Positions 62,328-64,000 of a stretch of DNA of 64,000 nt are shown here, in pieces (the first letter of the stretch is position 1; each line of letters opens with the position of its first letter). The stretch is taken from the NCBI RefSeq assembly GCF_009914755.1, contig NC_060927.1; one strand, given 5' to 3'. The translations under genes were made by a program, and so were the position numbers. This stretch comes from the human T2T-CHM13v2.0 reference genome, Homo sapiens. Under the pieces are notes generated by a model. That model saw only the letters and a list, made by a program, of their open reading frames with translations. It had not been told where the DNA came from and did not search any database.

Positions 62328-63327
62328 TCAAGGGCCATTCTTATAAGAGAAATGATTACCTTCTTCATCATGATTTTAGAAGTCAGATAATAAAGTTATT
62401 ATTTAATTTTGTTTTTGTTTTATTTGTTTTCCATCTGGGACTGGCATTCAGAGACCCAGAGAGGTAAAACAGCCTTGACTGGCTACCTTGGGGAAAATAA
62501 GTGCATCCAGATTCTGTTGTTTTTAGCAGGGGCAACTCACCAGACCCTTTATGTGCATGCTTTCTGATCCTCAATATTTAGATTACGGAGAAGCACTCTT
62601 AAGAAACATAAGTGTCTGGGAGGCAAAATAGTAAAATAAACCTGTGCTAATAAAATAAAATGAATCAGGAAGATCCAAACAAGGTTCTCTTTGAACCAAA
62701 GTGGCTGAAAGCAGAGAACAGATCTGCTAGAGTGACTAATGACAAATGATTTGTTTCCCCAGCTGGGGGCTGGGACTGTCCTCTGCAAATCCAGGACACA
62801 CATTGTGCTCCGCGCTCCACTAAAGGCTTGAGTGGGCACTGTTCCATCTCAACAGCCCCTGGTTTGGAAAGGACATGATTGTCAAGGGGGTGGCCTCCAG
62901 AACTGTGGTTTCCAGACCGTTCCCCGGTAACTGGCTTTTCTCTTCCATCCAGCTGACTGATGATCAGGGCCCCGTCCTGATGACCACTGTAGCCATGCCT
63001 GTGTTTAGTAAGCAGAACGAAACCGTGAGTACAGTCGCTGAGCTTCCTGCTTGATGCTAGGAGGGTGGTTTTCTCAGACCCCCTCTGACTCCAGCTCTGG
63101 TGACTTTTGATTTTTAAGCATAGGATGTATGTCATTTTTCCTTATTGTTTGATCTTGCTGTTAGAATCACCAAATCAAAAACAGATGAGAGGAACCCAGG
63201 CTGGCATCATTTTAGAGTTGGCAACACCTTTCCAAAGTTTAAGTATTAGAGGACCAGAGGAGGAAAAGCCCCAGAGACCATCCATGATTATGGTGCACTG
63301 ACCACTCTCATTTATAGTTACCAGCCT

Positions 63328-63774
63328 TTTATTAGTTTCCTAGGGCTGTTAGGAATGAAGTGCCACAAACTGTGTGGCTTAAAAAAATAGAAATTTCTTC
63401 TCTCACAGTTCTAGAGCCTGGAAGTCTGAAATCAAGATGTCAGCAGGGCCATGCTCCCTCTGAAGGTTCTAGGGAAGAATTTCTCCTTGCCTCTTTCAGC
63501 TTCTCGGGGCCCCCAGCATTCCTTGGCTTGTGGCAGTGTCACTCCAATCTCTGCCTCTGTTTCCATGTGACCTGTTCCTCTTATATGTCTCTCTGTGTCC
63601 TTCCCTGTTGTAAGGAAATCAGTCATGGGATTTAGAGCCCACGCTAAATCCACGATGATTTCATCTCAAGATCCTTAACAATTACGTATGCAAAGATGCT
63701 ATTTCCAAATAGCATTATATTCTGAGGTTCTGGGTGGACATGAACTTGGGGGGACACTGTTCAACTCACCATAA
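63328..63774 (-). mobile_element. MLT1C-like solo LTR (MaLR)
   Basis: tattagtttcctagggctg...ccacaaactg...ctctcacagttctagag...gggccatgctccctctgaagg...gggggacact. 5-bp TSD AGCCT at 63323-63327 and 63775-63779. Confidence 0.88.
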
Positions 63775-63940
63775 AGCCTTAAAAAAATGGCCTTTCTGAC
63801 ACTGAAAAGTTTTAGCAAATCACAATGGCTACATGCCTTGGAAAATGGGGCTCCAGAGGCCTATTCCTTCACCTTGGTCCTCAGTTGGTAAAAGTGTTAG
63901 GGTTATTATATATTTCTCTTGCTATTTAGACTCTCTCTCC

Positions 63941-63958
63941 TGGGCACCAGATGGCAGT
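63941..63958 (+). promoter_or_regulatory. CTCF-like core motif
   Basis: tgggcaccagatggcagt matches the CACCAGATGGCAG core. Confidence 0.5.
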
Positions 63959-64000
63959 GTAAATTGAGAAAGCAGTTAACATGCTGTCTTTCCTGTAAAA

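Overview
Human genomic DNA. The species call rests on a human-specific AluYb8 at 35136-35438. The window is CpG-poor, with no CpG island, no recognisable promoter, no rRNA/tRNA gene and no CRISPR array. It looks like the interior of a long intron, probably of a + strand host gene: all four well-defined LTRs are antisense to + and the best splice-signal pairs are on +. I could not name the gene. Much of the window is interspersed repeats: 15 Alus (J, S, Y, Yb8), one 5'-truncated, inactivated ~5.6 kb L1PA3, MSTA, MER34-like, MLT1 and MLT2 LTRs, MER20 and MER5 DNA transposons, old L1M/L2/MIR fragments and several STRs. The only recognisable protein-coding sequence is the broken L1 ORF1/ORF2; the other listed ORFs are Alu, low-complexity or chance frames. 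I found no convincing new biological system. The best leads are two candidate 18-nt frame-preserving microexons (24957-24974 and 42660-42677), a probable locally templated copy of part of the MSTA LTR 3.7 kb downstream, two CTCF-like sites, two adjacent Alus each with an internal duplication, and a few palindromes and candidate enhancer stretches. Repeat subfamily names come from recalled consensus sequences, and the boundaries of old repeats are approximate.
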